From: Rhodospirillales bacterium
GTDB taxonomy: Bacteria; Pseudomonadota; Alphaproteobacteria; Rhodospirillales; 2-12-FULL-67-15
DNA: 64,000 nt
Reading direction: 5' to 3'
Assembly: GCA_009693905.1 (NCBI GenBank)
Contig: SHWG01000001.1
Coordinates: forward strand, 2,682-66,681
Shown: positions 32,612-41,180 of the stretch, piece after piece
How the letters are laid out: each line of letters starts with the position of its first letter
Position numbering within the stretch: position 1 is the stretch's first letter
Notes under the pieces: model-generated
What the model was told of the DNA's origin: nothing
Database searches by the model: none
What the model saw: only the letters and a program-made list of their open reading frames with translations
Translations under genes and position numbers: made by a program

Positions 32612-33400
32612 ATGGACAAGGAAAGCGGTCCGGCTCCCATCGAATCGTCGCGCGATGGCCGGCGACAAGGTTCTTACGCCCAGCCGCGCCGCAAGGGTGC
32701 GGGCGAGGAAAAACCGAGCGACGAAAGCGGGCACAGGGATAGCGCGGGGTCCGCCGCGCCGGCCGCGCGCGACGAAGCGATCGCCGTGACCATCGCCGGC
32801 CTTCCCGTCGACAAGCTCTCGCCCGAAACCGAGCGGGTGATCGAAACCCTGCTCGCCGACCTCGGCCGCCTGCGCGGCGAGCTCGACGTGACGCTGCGCC
32901 GCCTTGCTCAACTCGAACAGATCGCGGATCACCACCCGTTTTTTTCGATCCTGAGCCGCGAGGCCTTCCGCCGCCAGCTCGCGCACGCGTTGGAACGGGC
33001 CGATCGCTTGGCGATTACGCCGAGTCTTTTCCTCGTCAGTCTCCTCAACGGCGACGCCATCCGGCGAGAATTCGGCATCGTTGCGCGCGACAAGGCGCTC
33101 GTCCACCTGTGCGCCGCGCTGCGGGAAACCCTGCAAGCGGATGATATCCTTGGCAGCCTGACCGGCAACGACATGGCGGTGCTGGTGTTCGTCGCCGCCG
33201 ATGCGGGGCTCCGCGCCCGTGGCGCCGCGCTCGTTCGGGCGATCGCGGAACGTCCGTTCTTTTGGGGCGAGCGGCGGTTGGAATTGAGCGTCGCAACCGG
33301 CTTCGCGGCGCTGATGCCGGGGATCGCCGGGCCGAGGTCCGACGTCGACAGCGCGATCGCTGCGGCCGACGCCGACCTGACGGCCGGAATTCAGGGGTAG
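32612..33400 (+). CDS. GGDEF-like domain protein with a degenerate active site
   Basis: GGDEF-fold pattern (HHPFFSILSREAF..LFLVSL..) but LTGNDMAV occupies the place of GGDEF. gaggag RBS precedes the ATG at 32612. Confidence 0.6.
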   Translation: MDKESGPAPIESSRDGRRQGSYAQPRRKGAGEEKPSDESGHRDSAGSAAPAARDEAIAVTIAGLPVDKLSPETERVIETLLADLGRLRGELDVTLRRLAQLEQIADHHPFFSILSREAFRRQLAHALERADRLAITPSLFLVSLLNGDAIRREFGIVARDKALVHLCAALRETLQADDILGSLTGNDMAVLVFVAADAGLRARGAALVRAIAERPFFWGERRLELSVATGFAALMPGIAGPRSDVDSAIAAADADLTAGIQG

Positions 33401-33418
33401 ACCCTAAAGCATGATCTT

Positions 33419-33619
33419 TCAGGCGATGATATCGGGAAGCAGCAGGTTTTCGATGGTCGTGATCTGATCCTTGAGCAGAAGCTTGCGCTTTTTCAGGCGC
33501 TGGAGCTGAATCCGATTATGGCTGTCCGATTCGATCAGGCGCCCGATCACGTCGTCGAGATCGCGGTGTTCCAGCCGCAAGGCCTCGAGTCGTTCCTTGA
33601 GGGCCTGTGGGTCATGCAT
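33419..33619 (-). CDS. DUF465 (YdcH-like) small protein
   Basis: LEALRLEHRDLDDVI..RIQLQRLKKRKLLLKDQI. Confidence 0.8.
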   Translation of the reverse strand: MHDPQALKERLEALRLEHRDLDDVIGRLIESDSHNRIQLQRLKKRKLLLKDQITTIENLLLPDIIA

Positions 33620-33864
33620 GGCGAATGTTCATCCCCCCGGCCGATACCCATTTTTTTGAATGATACCAAATCGTTTCCTCGGCGGCGCCTGGGATCAACC
33701 GCCGCCGAACCGTTATGGTGGAATCGAAACCTGACTTCGGCTATCATACTCAACCGCGTCGGGAACGAGAACGGTCCCGATATCCCCCAAGAAAAGGCGG
33801 GCCCGCGAGGGGGTCGTTGGGCGCGGCATTCCGAGGTCAGCACCGTGGACAGAGGGAATCATCC

Positions 33865-34032
33865 ATGAGCCATCAGGAGAGACTCGAAGCTCTCAAGGCT
33901 CGGCACCAGGCGCTCGAAAACGCGCTGGCCGAGGAAACCACCCACTCCCACCCGGACGAAGTCCGAATACACACCCTCAAAAAGCAAAAACTCAGAATCA
34001 AGGACGAGATCGCGGGCCTTTCCGCCCCCTGA
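33865..34032 (+). CDS. DUF465 (YdcH-like) small protein, second copy
   Basis: LEALKARHQALENAL..RIHTLKKQKLRIKDEI; 55 aa. Confidence 0.75.
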   Translation: MSHQERLEALKARHQALENALAEETTHSHPDEVRIHTLKKQKLRIKDEIAGLSAP

Positions 34033-34139
34033 TCTTTGGTCCCCTACTCGGCGTGCGCGGCCTTCTCTCGTGACGAGCGGGGAGGGGTTGGCGTGCGCGC
34101 TCTTGGTGTTCCTCGGGCTGGCGGGGTAGGGCATTCGCC

Positions 34140-35789
34140 CTACGCCTCCTTCGCCATCTCGCGCAGCTTGTATTTCTGGATTTTCCCGGTCGAGGTCTTG
34201 GGCAGCGGGCCGAAGACGACGTGGCGCGGGCATTTGAATTTGGCCATCCGCTCGCGGCAAAACGCGATGATTTCGTCCACGCCCGCGGACTTGCCCGGCT
34301 TGAGTTCCACGAACGCGCACGGGGTTTCGCCCCATTTCGCGTCCGGCTTCGCCACCACGGCGGCGAACAGCACGGCGGGATGCGCCGCGATCGTCCCTTC
34401 GACCTCGATCGAGGAGATGTTTTCGCCGCCCGAGATAATAATATCCTTGGAGCGGTCCTTGAGCTGGATGTAGCCGTCGGGATGGCGGACGCCGAGATCG
34501 CCCGAGTGGAACCAGCCGCCCTTGAAGGCCGCGGCCGTGGCCTTCGGGTTCTTGAGATAGCCTTTCATCACGATGTTGCCGCGGAACATGACCTCGCCCA
34601 TGGTCATTCCGTCGGCGGGCACCGGGGCCATGGTGTCCGGGTCCATCACGGCGAGGCCTTCGAGGGCGTGGTAGCGCACGCCTTGGCGGGATTTAAGCTT
34701 GGCCTGCTGCTCGATCGGCAGCGCGTCCCATTCCGGGTGCCACGAACAGATCACCGCCGGGCCGTAGGTTTCGGTCAGTCCATAAACATGAGTGACGTTG
34801 AACCCGGCCTGCTGCATGTCGGCCAGCGTCGCCGCCGGCGGCGCCGCCGCCGCGGTCATCACCTGGACGGTGTGCGGCAGGGGCTTTTTCTCGGCCGCGG
34901 TTGCGTTGACGACGGAATTGAGCACGATCGGCGCGCCGCAGAAGTGCGTGACCTTATGTTCGGCGATGGCGGCGTAGATGTTGGCCGCGCTGACGCGCCT
35001 CAAGCACACGCTGGTCCCGCCGATGGCGGCCAGCGACCAGGGGTAGCACCAGCCGTTGCAATGGAACATCGGCAGGGTCCAGAGATAGACCGGATGATGC
35101 CCCATGTTCCAGCCGACGATGTTCGAGAGCGCGTTGAGATAGGCGCCGCGGTGGTGATAGACCACGCCCTTGGGATTCCCGGTGGTTCCGGAGGTGTAGT
35201 TGAGCGAGATCGCGTCCCACTCGTCGGCGGGCATGGTCCAGGCGAAGTTCGGGTCGCCCTCGGCGAGGAACGATTCATAGTCGGTCTCGCCCAGACGTTC
35301 TCCGCCCGCTTCGGCCTCGCTGTCGGCGATATCCACGACCAGGATTTTGCGCTTGACCTGGGCGAGGGCGACTTTGACCACGTTTGCGAATTCGGTGTCG
35401 GCGAGCAGCACCGTGGCTTCGCCGTGGTCGAGGCAGAAGGCGATCGTGGCGCCGTCGAGGCGGACGTTGAGGGTGTTGAGGACGGCGCCGAGCATGGGCA
35501 CGCCGAAACTCGCCTCGTAGATTTCAGGCGTGTTGGCGGCCATGACCGCGACCGTGTCGCCGGGGCCGACGCCGCGGCGGGCCAGCGCGCTCGCGAGCCG
35601 GCGGCAGCGGGCGTAGGTTTCCTTCCAGCTAAACCGCTTCCGCCCGTGGATGACGGCGACGCGGTCGGGATAGGTCCCGGCCGCGCGCTCCAGGAACGAA
35701 AGCGGGGAAAGCGGCGCGAAATTGGCGGCGTTGCGCTCCAGGTCGCGCGCATGAATGGACGGGGAGCGGGGGCGAGCGGGGGATGGCAT
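34140..35789 (-). CDS. Acyl-CoA synthetase (medium-chain, AMP-binding family)
   Basis: LNYTSGTTGNPKGVVYHHRG, YGLTET, WFHSGDLG; 549 aa from the ATG at 35789. Confidence 0.9.
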   Translation of the reverse strand: MPSPARPRSPSIHARDLERNAANFAPLSPLSFLERAAGTYPDRVAVIHGRKRFSWKETYARCRRLASALARRGVGPGDTVAVMAANTPEIYEASFGVPMLGAVLNTLNVRLDGATIAFCLDHGEATVLLADTEFANVVKVALAQVKRKILVVDIADSEAEAGGERLGETDYESFLAEGDPNFAWTMPADEWDAISLNYTSGTTGNPKGVVYHHRGAYLNALSNIVGWNMGHHPVYLWTLPMFHCNGWCYPWSLAAIGGTSVCLRRVSAANIYAAIAEHKVTHFCGAPIVLNSVVNATAAEKKPLPHTVQVMTAAAAPPAATLADMQQAGFNVTHVYGLTETYGPAVICSWHPEWDALPIEQQAKLKSRQGVRYHALEGLAVMDPDTMAPVPADGMTMGEVMFRGNIVMKGYLKNPKATAAAFKGGWFHSGDLGVRHPDGYIQLKDRSKDIIISGGENISSIEVEGTIAAHPAVLFAAVVAKPDAKWGETPCAFVELKPGKSAGVDEIIAFCRERMAKFKCPRHVVFGPLPKTSTGKIQKYKLREMAKEA

Positions 35790-35870
35790 CGGCGTCGCTT
35801 TCAGTCGGCAGGCGGGGACTTTGCCACAAACCCGGCTGGTACAAAATGACGTTTTGCCGCAAATTAGCAG

Positions 35871-35943
35871 CCTCACCCTTCGACAGGCTCAAGGCGTGAG
35901 GCCAAAACCAAAGCCCCTCATGCTGAGCTTGTCGAAGCATGAG
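35871..35943. repeat. REP-like double hairpin repeat
   Basis: cctcac..ccttcgacaggctcaagg..gtgagg, and ctcatgc-tgagcttgtcgaa-gcatgag. Translates to the familiar junk peptides SLSKHE and RQAQGV. Confidence 0.6.
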
Positions 35944-35981
35944 CAAGGGCAAGCCAACGGGGGGCAACGACAGGGGCGAAC

Positions 35982-37895
35982 ATGTCGAATCCATATGACA
36001 TCGCGTACGCGCGCTCGATCGAAGACCCGGAAGGATTCTGGGGCGAGGTCGCGGAGGATATCCGCTGGACCCGCAAGTGGTCGAAAGTGCTCGATTCCTC
36101 CAATCCCCCGTTCTACCGCTGGTTCGTCGGCGGCGAGTTGAACACTTGCTTCAACGCGGTGGACCGGCACGTGGAAGAAGGCCGCGCCGACCAGCAGGCG
36201 CTCATCTACGACAGCCCCGTCATCGGCCAAATCCGCAAATTCACCTACCGGGAGCTCCAGGACATCGTCGCCCGCACCGCCGGCATGCTCGCGGCGCACG
36301 GGGTGGGCAAAGGCGACCGGGTTATCCTTTACATGCCGATGGTGCCGGAAGCTGTATTCGCCATGCTCGCCTGTGCCCGGATCGGCGCGGTGCATTCGGT
36401 CGTTTACGGCGGCTTCGCCTCCAACGAACTCGCGGTCCGGATCGACGACGCCAAGCCGAAGGCCATCATGTCGGCGTCCTGCGGGATCGAGGTCAATCGG
36501 GTGATCCCCTACAAAGGCCTGCTCGACGGCGCGATCGACATCGCCAAGCACAAGCCCAACTTCTGCATCGTCTTGCAGCGGCCGCAAACCAAGGCCGATC
36601 TTAAGGCCGGCCGCGATTTCGACTGGGCGGCGGAACTCGCCAAAGCCAAACCCGCCGCCTGCGTGCCGGTGGCGGCGACCGATCCGCTTTACATCCTCTA
36701 CACCTCCGGCACGACCGGCCAGCCCAAGGGCGTGGTCCGCGACAACGGCGGCCATTGCGTCGCCCTCAAATGGACGATGAAAACGGTCTACGACATGAAT
36801 CCGGGCGAGGTTTACTGGGCGGCTTCCGACATCGGCTGGGCGGTCGGGCATTCCTACATCGTCTATGCGCCGCTGTTTCACGGCTGCACTTCGATTCTCT
36901 ACGAAGGCAAGCCGGTCGGCACGCCGGACGCGGGCGCCTACTGGCGGGTGATCGCCGACCACGGGGTCAAGGCGCTGTTCACCGCGCCGACCGCGTTCCG
37001 CGCCATCAAGCGCGACGACCCGAACGCGGAATTGATCGAGAAATACGATCTTTCGCGTTTCAAGATCCTGTTTCTCGCTGGCGAGCGGACCGATCCCGAC
37101 ACGCTCGCGTGGGCGGAAAGGGCGCTCGGGAAACCCGTCATCGACCATTGGTGGCAGACCGAATCGGGCTCGCCGATGGCGGCCAACTTCATGGGCTTGC
37201 ACCGGTTTCCGGTCAAGCCCGGCTCGCCGACCAAACCGGTGCCGGGCTGGAAGATCGACGTGCTCGACGACAACCGCCAAATCGTCAAACCGGGCACCAT
37301 CGGCTCGATTTGCTGCAAGCTGCCGCTGCCCCCGGGCACGCTGCCGACGCTCTGGAACGCGGACGAGCGCTACAAGAAATCGTACCTCGCCAGATTCCCC
37401 GGCTATTACGAGACCGCGGACGCGGGTTACAAGGACGAAGACGGCTATATCTACATCATGGCCCGCACCGACGACATCATCAACGTCGCCGGCCACCGGC
37501 TCTCGACCGGGGCGATGGAGGAGGTCCTCTCTTCGCATCCCGATGTCGCCGAGTGCGCCGTGATCGGCGTCGCCGACGCCCTCAAGGGCCAAGTACCGTT
37601 CGGCTTCCTGGTGTGCAAGGCGGGTGTCAAGCGCGCGCCCGAGGACGTCGTGCGCGAGGTGGTGCAACTGGTCCGCGACAAGATCGGGCCGGTGGCCGCC
37701 TTCAAGACCGCGACGGTGGTCAACCGCCTGCCCAAGACCCGCTCGGGAAAAATCCTGCGCGGGACCATGCAGAAGATCGCCGACAGCGAGTCCTACAAGA
37801 TGCCGGCGACCATCGACGACCCGGCCATTCTCGACGAGATCGCCGCGGCGCTGGCCAAGCTCGGCTACGCCAAGGAGAGCAAGCGCCAGGCGTGA
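35982..37895 (+). CDS. prpE: Propionate--CoA ligase
   Basis: SIEDPEGFWGE..PPFYRWFVGGELNTCFNAVDRH, YTSGTTGQPKGVV, C-terminal LPKTRSGKILR. Confidence 0.88.
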   Translation: MSNPYDIAYARSIEDPEGFWGEVAEDIRWTRKWSKVLDSSNPPFYRWFVGGELNTCFNAVDRHVEEGRADQQALIYDSPVIGQIRKFTYRELQDIVARTAGMLAAHGVGKGDRVILYMPMVPEAVFAMLACARIGAVHSVVYGGFASNELAVRIDDAKPKAIMSASCGIEVNRVIPYKGLLDGAIDIAKHKPNFCIVLQRPQTKADLKAGRDFDWAAELAKAKPAACVPVAATDPLYILYTSGTTGQPKGVVRDNGGHCVALKWTMKTVYDMNPGEVYWAASDIGWAVGHSYIVYAPLFHGCTSILYEGKPVGTPDAGAYWRVIADHGVKALFTAPTAFRAIKRDDPNAELIEKYDLSRFKILFLAGERTDPDTLAWAERALGKPVIDHWWQTESGSPMAANFMGLHRFPVKPGSPTKPVPGWKIDVLDDNRQIVKPGTIGSICCKLPLPPGTLPTLWNADERYKKSYLARFPGYYETADAGYKDEDGYIYIMARTDDIINVAGHRLSTGAMEEVLSSHPDVAECAVIGVADALKGQVPFGFLVCKAGVKRAPEDVVREVVQLVRDKIGPVAAFKTATVVNRLPKTRSGKILRGTMQKIADSESYKMPATIDDPAILDEIAAALAKLGYAKESKRQA

Positions 37896-37897
37896 GG

Positions 37898-38602
37898 TTA
37901 GGAGACGCGCTCGCCCGAATTGGCCGGCGCGGCCGGTGCCGGCTCGGCAGGTTCCGTTGGGGCGGGGAGCGGCGGCGGGGCGGCAGCGGCCTGAGTGGCG
38001 GCTTGGGCGGCGGCGATCTCCGCCGCGTCGTGGGCCGCGGCCTGCTGGGCGATTTTGTCCGCGCGGGCGAGCGCATTGCGCGCGCGGGTGCGGGCCAACG
38101 TGATCGCTTTCTCGAGATCGGCGCTGGAACAAAGCCCGAGGTTGACCGGGTTCTGCGGCTTGATGTTGGGCGAGTTCCAGTGCGACCGGTCGCGCACCGC
38201 GGCGATGGTCGTCTTGGTGGTGCCGAGCAGGCGCGAAATCTGGCCGTCGCCCAGCTCCGGATAATTCTTCAAAAGCCAGGCGATGGTGTCGGGGCGCTCC
38301 TGGCGCTTGGCGACCGGGGTGTAGCGCGCGCCGGTGGGCCGGGCCTTGGGCTGCGGAATGGTCGGCTTCAAGGCTTTGAGGCGCGTGTTCGGGTTCTTCT
38401 GGCAACGCGCGACCTCTTCCAGCGTCAGATCGCCCGCGGCGAGGGGATTGGTCCCGTGCATGCCGCCGGCGACCTCGCCGTCGGCGATGGCCTGAACCTC
38501 GAGCGGATGCAGGCCGCAATAATCGGCGACCTGGTCGAAGGTGAGCGACGTGTTTTCGACGAGCCAAACGGCCGTGGCCTTTGGCATCAGGGGGCGTGCC
38601 AT
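37898..38602 (-). CDS. DUF1013-domain protein (alphaproteobacterial TrcR-type putative cell-cycle regulator)
   Basis: MARPLMPKATAVWLVENTSLTFDQVADYCGLHPLEVQAIADGEVA.. plus an Ala/Pro-rich tail. ATG at 38602. Confidence 0.8.
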   Translation of the reverse strand: MARPLMPKATAVWLVENTSLTFDQVADYCGLHPLEVQAIADGEVAGGMHGTNPLAAGDLTLEEVARCQKNPNTRLKALKPTIPQPKARPTGARYTPVAKRQERPDTIAWLLKNYPELGDGQISRLLGTTKTTIAAVRDRSHWNSPNIKPQNPVNLGLCSSADLEKAITLARTRARNALARADKIAQQAAAHDAAEIAAAQAATQAAAAPPPLPAPTEPAEPAPAAPANSGERVS

Positions 38603-38638
38603 TGTCTCGGAATTCCTAATCTCGGGCTGAATGGGCAC

Positions 38639-38668
38639 TTTATACCGTCCGGGGAGGCGGTAGGTCAA
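38639..38668 (-). promoter_or_regulatory. Sigma70-like promoter candidate for the DUF1013 gene
   Basis: Minus strand: TTGACC (38668-38663), 18-nt spacer, TATAAA (38644-38639), about 37 nt upstream of the ATG. Confidence 0.3.
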
Positions 38669-38730
38669 ACCTGGAAAGGGGGGTCGGCGAAAAAAAATTC
38701 GAGGAAAATCGGCCGCGATTAGCCCGGTTG

Positions 38731-39723
38731 TCACGTTGTGAGGATGATCTTGCCGATGTGCGCGTTGCTTTCCATCAGCCGGTGCGCGTCGGCGGCCCGC
38801 TCGAGCGGGAAGGTGGCGTGGATGACGGGGCGGATATCCCCCGCCTCGATCAGCGGCCAGATGGTCGTACGCAGCGCCTCAGCGATGCGGCCCTTGCTCG
38901 CTGTGCTCTGGATGCGCAGCGTCGAGCCGGTGTAGGTGAGCCTTTTCAGCATGAGCGGCATGAAGTTGACCTCGGCCTTCGCGCCTTTCTGGAATCCGAT
39001 CTGGACGAGCCGGCCCTCCGGCGCGAGAGCGCGGATGTTGCGCTCGATGTAGTCGGCGCCGACCATGTCCAGGATCACGTCGACGCCGCGGCCGCCGGTC
39101 AGTTCCTTGACCGCCTCGACGAAATCCGTGGCGCGGTAGTTGATCGCCGAGGCGGCGCCGAGGCGCTCGCAGGCGGTGCACTTTTCGGCGCTGCCGGCGG
39201 TGGCGAAAACCCGGGCGCCAAGCCGGCTCGCCATTTGAATCGCGCTTGTGCCGATGCCGCTCGAGCCGCCGTGAACCAACAGAGTCTCGCCCGCCACGAG
39301 CCGGCCGCGCTCGAAAACGTTGGTCCAGACGGTGAAGAATGTCTCAGGCAGGCCGGCGGCCTCGACCGGCGACAAACCCTTGGGGATCGGCAGGCATTGC
39401 GGCGCGGGCGCGGCCACGTACTCGGCGTATCCGCCGCCCGAGACCAGCGCGCATACCGGATCGCCGACGTTCCAGGCGCCGGCCCCGGCGCCCAGGGCGG
39501 CGACGGTGCCCGCGACCTCGAGGCCGGGAATATCGCTCGCCCCCGCGGGCGGCGGATAGCCGCCCTGGCGCTGCAACACGTCGGGACGATTGACCCCGGC
39601 CGCGCCGACCCGGATCAGAATCTCGCCGTCGCCCGCGGCGGGGCGGGGACGGGTCGTTGCTTTGAGCACCTCGGGCGGGCCGCCCTTGCCTGCAATTTCG
39701 ACGCAGCGCATGGTTTCGGTCAT
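38731..39723 (-). CDS. qor: NAD(P)H:quinone oxidoreductase (zinc-independent MDR, PIG3/Qor type)
   Basis: GVNRPDVLQRQGGYPPP, VHGGSSGIGT. Confidence 0.88.
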   Translation of the reverse strand: MTETMRCVEIAGKGGPPEVLKATTRPRPAAGDGEILIRVGAAGVNRPDVLQRQGGYPPPAGASDIPGLEVAGTVAALGAGAGAWNVGDPVCALVSGGGYAEYVAAPAPQCLPIPKGLSPVEAAGLPETFFTVWTNVFERGRLVAGETLLVHGGSSGIGTSAIQMASRLGARVFATAGSAEKCTACERLGAASAINYRATDFVEAVKELTGGRGVDVILDMVGADYIERNIRALAPEGRLVQIGFQKGAKAEVNFMPLMLKRLTYTGSTLRIQSTASKGRIAEALRTTIWPLIEAGDIRPVIHATFPLERAADAHRLMESNAHIGKIILTT

Positions 39724-39799
39724 CGGGAGCCTCCAGATCGCGGATGTTTGCTATTATGATGGGGCCGTCTGGGCAAGGGAAACGTTCGGGAGCGATCGC

Positions 39800-39985
39800 A
39801 TGGACCCGGAAGACCTGGAACCGCGCGCGCGGAAGCCCGCGCCGAAGAACCTCGACGAGATGTCGGTGGCGGCGATCGAGGAATACATCGCCGGGATCGA
39901 GGCGGAAATAGCGCGGGCGCGGGCGGCCATTGCCGCCAAGCGATCCTTCCGTCAGGGCGCCGAGACGTTTTTCAAGAAGAAGTAG
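39800..39985 (+). CDS. DUF1192 small protein
   Basis: NLDEMSVAAIEEYIAGIEAEIARARAAIAAK; 61 aa. Confidence 0.7.
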   Translation: MDPEDLEPRARKPAPKNLDEMSVAAIEEYIAGIEAEIARARAAIAAKRSFRQGAETFFKKK

Positions 39986-40038
39986 TCGTCCGATCCGATC
40001 GTTGCTTGCGGCGTCGCGGGCAAGAAGCCCGCGCCCAA

Positions 40039-40332
40039 CTAGAGTCGCCGCCTCCGGCGTCGCGCGGCGATGAACATCAGCCAGCCCGCGAACGGCAGGA
40101 ACGTCACCACGATCAGCCAGCCGAGCCGGGGTCCGAACGGGCAACGCGCGCCCGGAACCGCCTTCCAGCCGCCCCCACCCGGCGGCGCAGGCCGCCCAGA
40201 CATAAGACCGGGCGCGGAAAGTTCCGCCGGGTCTTTGGTTTTAGGCGCTTGCGCGCCCGGGGCGAACACGACATGCGTCGCCGGCAGGACGATGCCGAAG
40301 ATCAGAACGGCCCAGGCGATCAATTGGTCCAT
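40039..40332 (-). CDS. Small two-TM membrane protein, PLDc_N-like, with a ~31-aa insert
   Basis: WAVLIFGIVLPATHVV..[insert]..RLGWLIVVTFLPFAGWLMFIAARRRRR resembles the PLD-nuclease N-terminal domain pattern. The central APGAQAPKTKDPAELSAPGLMSGRPAPPGGG is encoded by the dispersed repeat. Confidence 0.5.
   Translation of the reverse strand: MDQLIAWAVLIFGIVLPATHVVFAPGAQAPKTKDPAELSAPGLMSGRPAPPGGGGWKAVPGARCPFGPRLGWLIVVTFLPFAGWLMFIAARRRRRRL
40173..40263. repeat. ~90-bp dispersed repeat copy lying inside the small membrane-protein ORF
   Basis: cccggcggcgcaggccgccca..gggtctttggttttaggcgcttgcgcgccc aligns with 16726-16818 (cccggcggcgcaggtcgccca..gggtctttgggtttaggcgcttgcgcgccc). Confidence 0.55.
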
Positions 40333-40375
40333 GGCGGGGGTCCGGAAAAGCTCGAGTTTGGGCGGGGGGCGCCCG

Positions 40376-40391
40376 TTAAGCCTAATTTAAC
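40376..40391. promoter_or_regulatory. Perfect CtrA-type box TTAA-N7-TTAAC
   Basis: ttaa gcctaat ttaac (also reads GTTAA-N7-TTAAC), 44 nt upstream of the divergent membrane-protein ATG and about 70 nt upstream of an orphan terminator. Confidence 0.45.
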
Positions 40392-40409
40392 GGATGGGCT
40401 TTATACAGG

Positions 40410-40488
40410 GCAGCAGGATGACAATGTTCATCCCGTCAATTAGACGCCTCCCTGTCAACTCGCCGCCCCGCAAGGGGCGGCTTTTTTT
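40410..40488 (+). ncRNA. Candidate small RNA (5' end approximate)
   Basis: CtrA-type box, then hairpin ggatga-caatgt-tcatcc, then single-stranded gacgCCTCCCtgtcaac, then a strong terminator. No ORF ends before the terminator; the next + strand gene is 200 nt away. Confidence 0.3.
40462..40488 (+). terminator. Orphan Rho-independent terminator
   Basis: gccgcccc-gcaa-ggggcggc followed by seven T. Confidence 0.7.
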
Positions 40489-40691
40489 GGCTTTTCAGCG
40501 GGTTCCCCGAGCCATCCCGCAAGGGCCGGGGATGGCCCTTGCGCGACCGGACCCGCCGCGCCTAGAGTTTGCCCGTGTTTGGGTCGAGGCGAGTTCGACA
40601 GGGACGAAGCTTTACCAACAAAAGGGCCGCCGGGTTCAAGGCGGCCCTAACTGTTTCCGGCGGAGGCGACGGCCGCCAGCGCGAGAATCGC

Positions 40692-41171
40692 ATGAAAGCG
40701 AAACGGCAAGGCAAGACGACCGCGAAACCCTCCGCCAACCCGGCCCCGGAAACCCGCGCGCGCTATCCCCATTTCATGCCGCTGCAAACGCGCTGGGCCG
40801 ACAACGACGTCTACGGCCACGTCAACAACGTGACCTACTACGCCTACTTCGACACGATCATCAATTGCTACCTGATCGAGAAGGGCGGGCTCGACATCGC
40901 GGGCGGCGACGTGATCGGCTTCGCGGTCGAAACCATGTGCCGCTACCTGAAGCCGCTCGCCTATCCCGACGCGCTCGACGCCGGCCTCAGGGTCGGGCAC
41001 CTCGGCAATTCGAGCGTGCGCTACGAAGTCGGTATATTTCGTCGGGGCGAGAACGAAGTTGCCGCCGCCGGCCACTTCGTCCACGTGTTCGTGGATCGCC
41101 GCACCGGCCGGCCGGTGGCGCTGCCGCCGGTTCTCCGCCGCGCGTTGGAACGAATCCGGGTTCAGACCTGA
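40692..41171 (+). CDS. Acyl-CoA thioesterase, 4HBT/YbgC-like hotdog fold
   Basis: [21 protein letters not shown]; 159 aa from the ATG at 40692. Confidence 0.82.
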   Translation: MKAKRQGKTTAKPSANPAPETRARYPHFMPLQTRWADNDVYGHVNNVTYYAYFDTIINCYLIEKGGLDIAGGDVIGFAVETMCRYLKPLAYPDALDAGLRVGHLGNSSVRYEVGIFRRGENEVAAAGHFVHVFVDRRTGRPVALPPVLRRALERIRVQT

Positions 41172-41180
41172 GTTGCGCCC

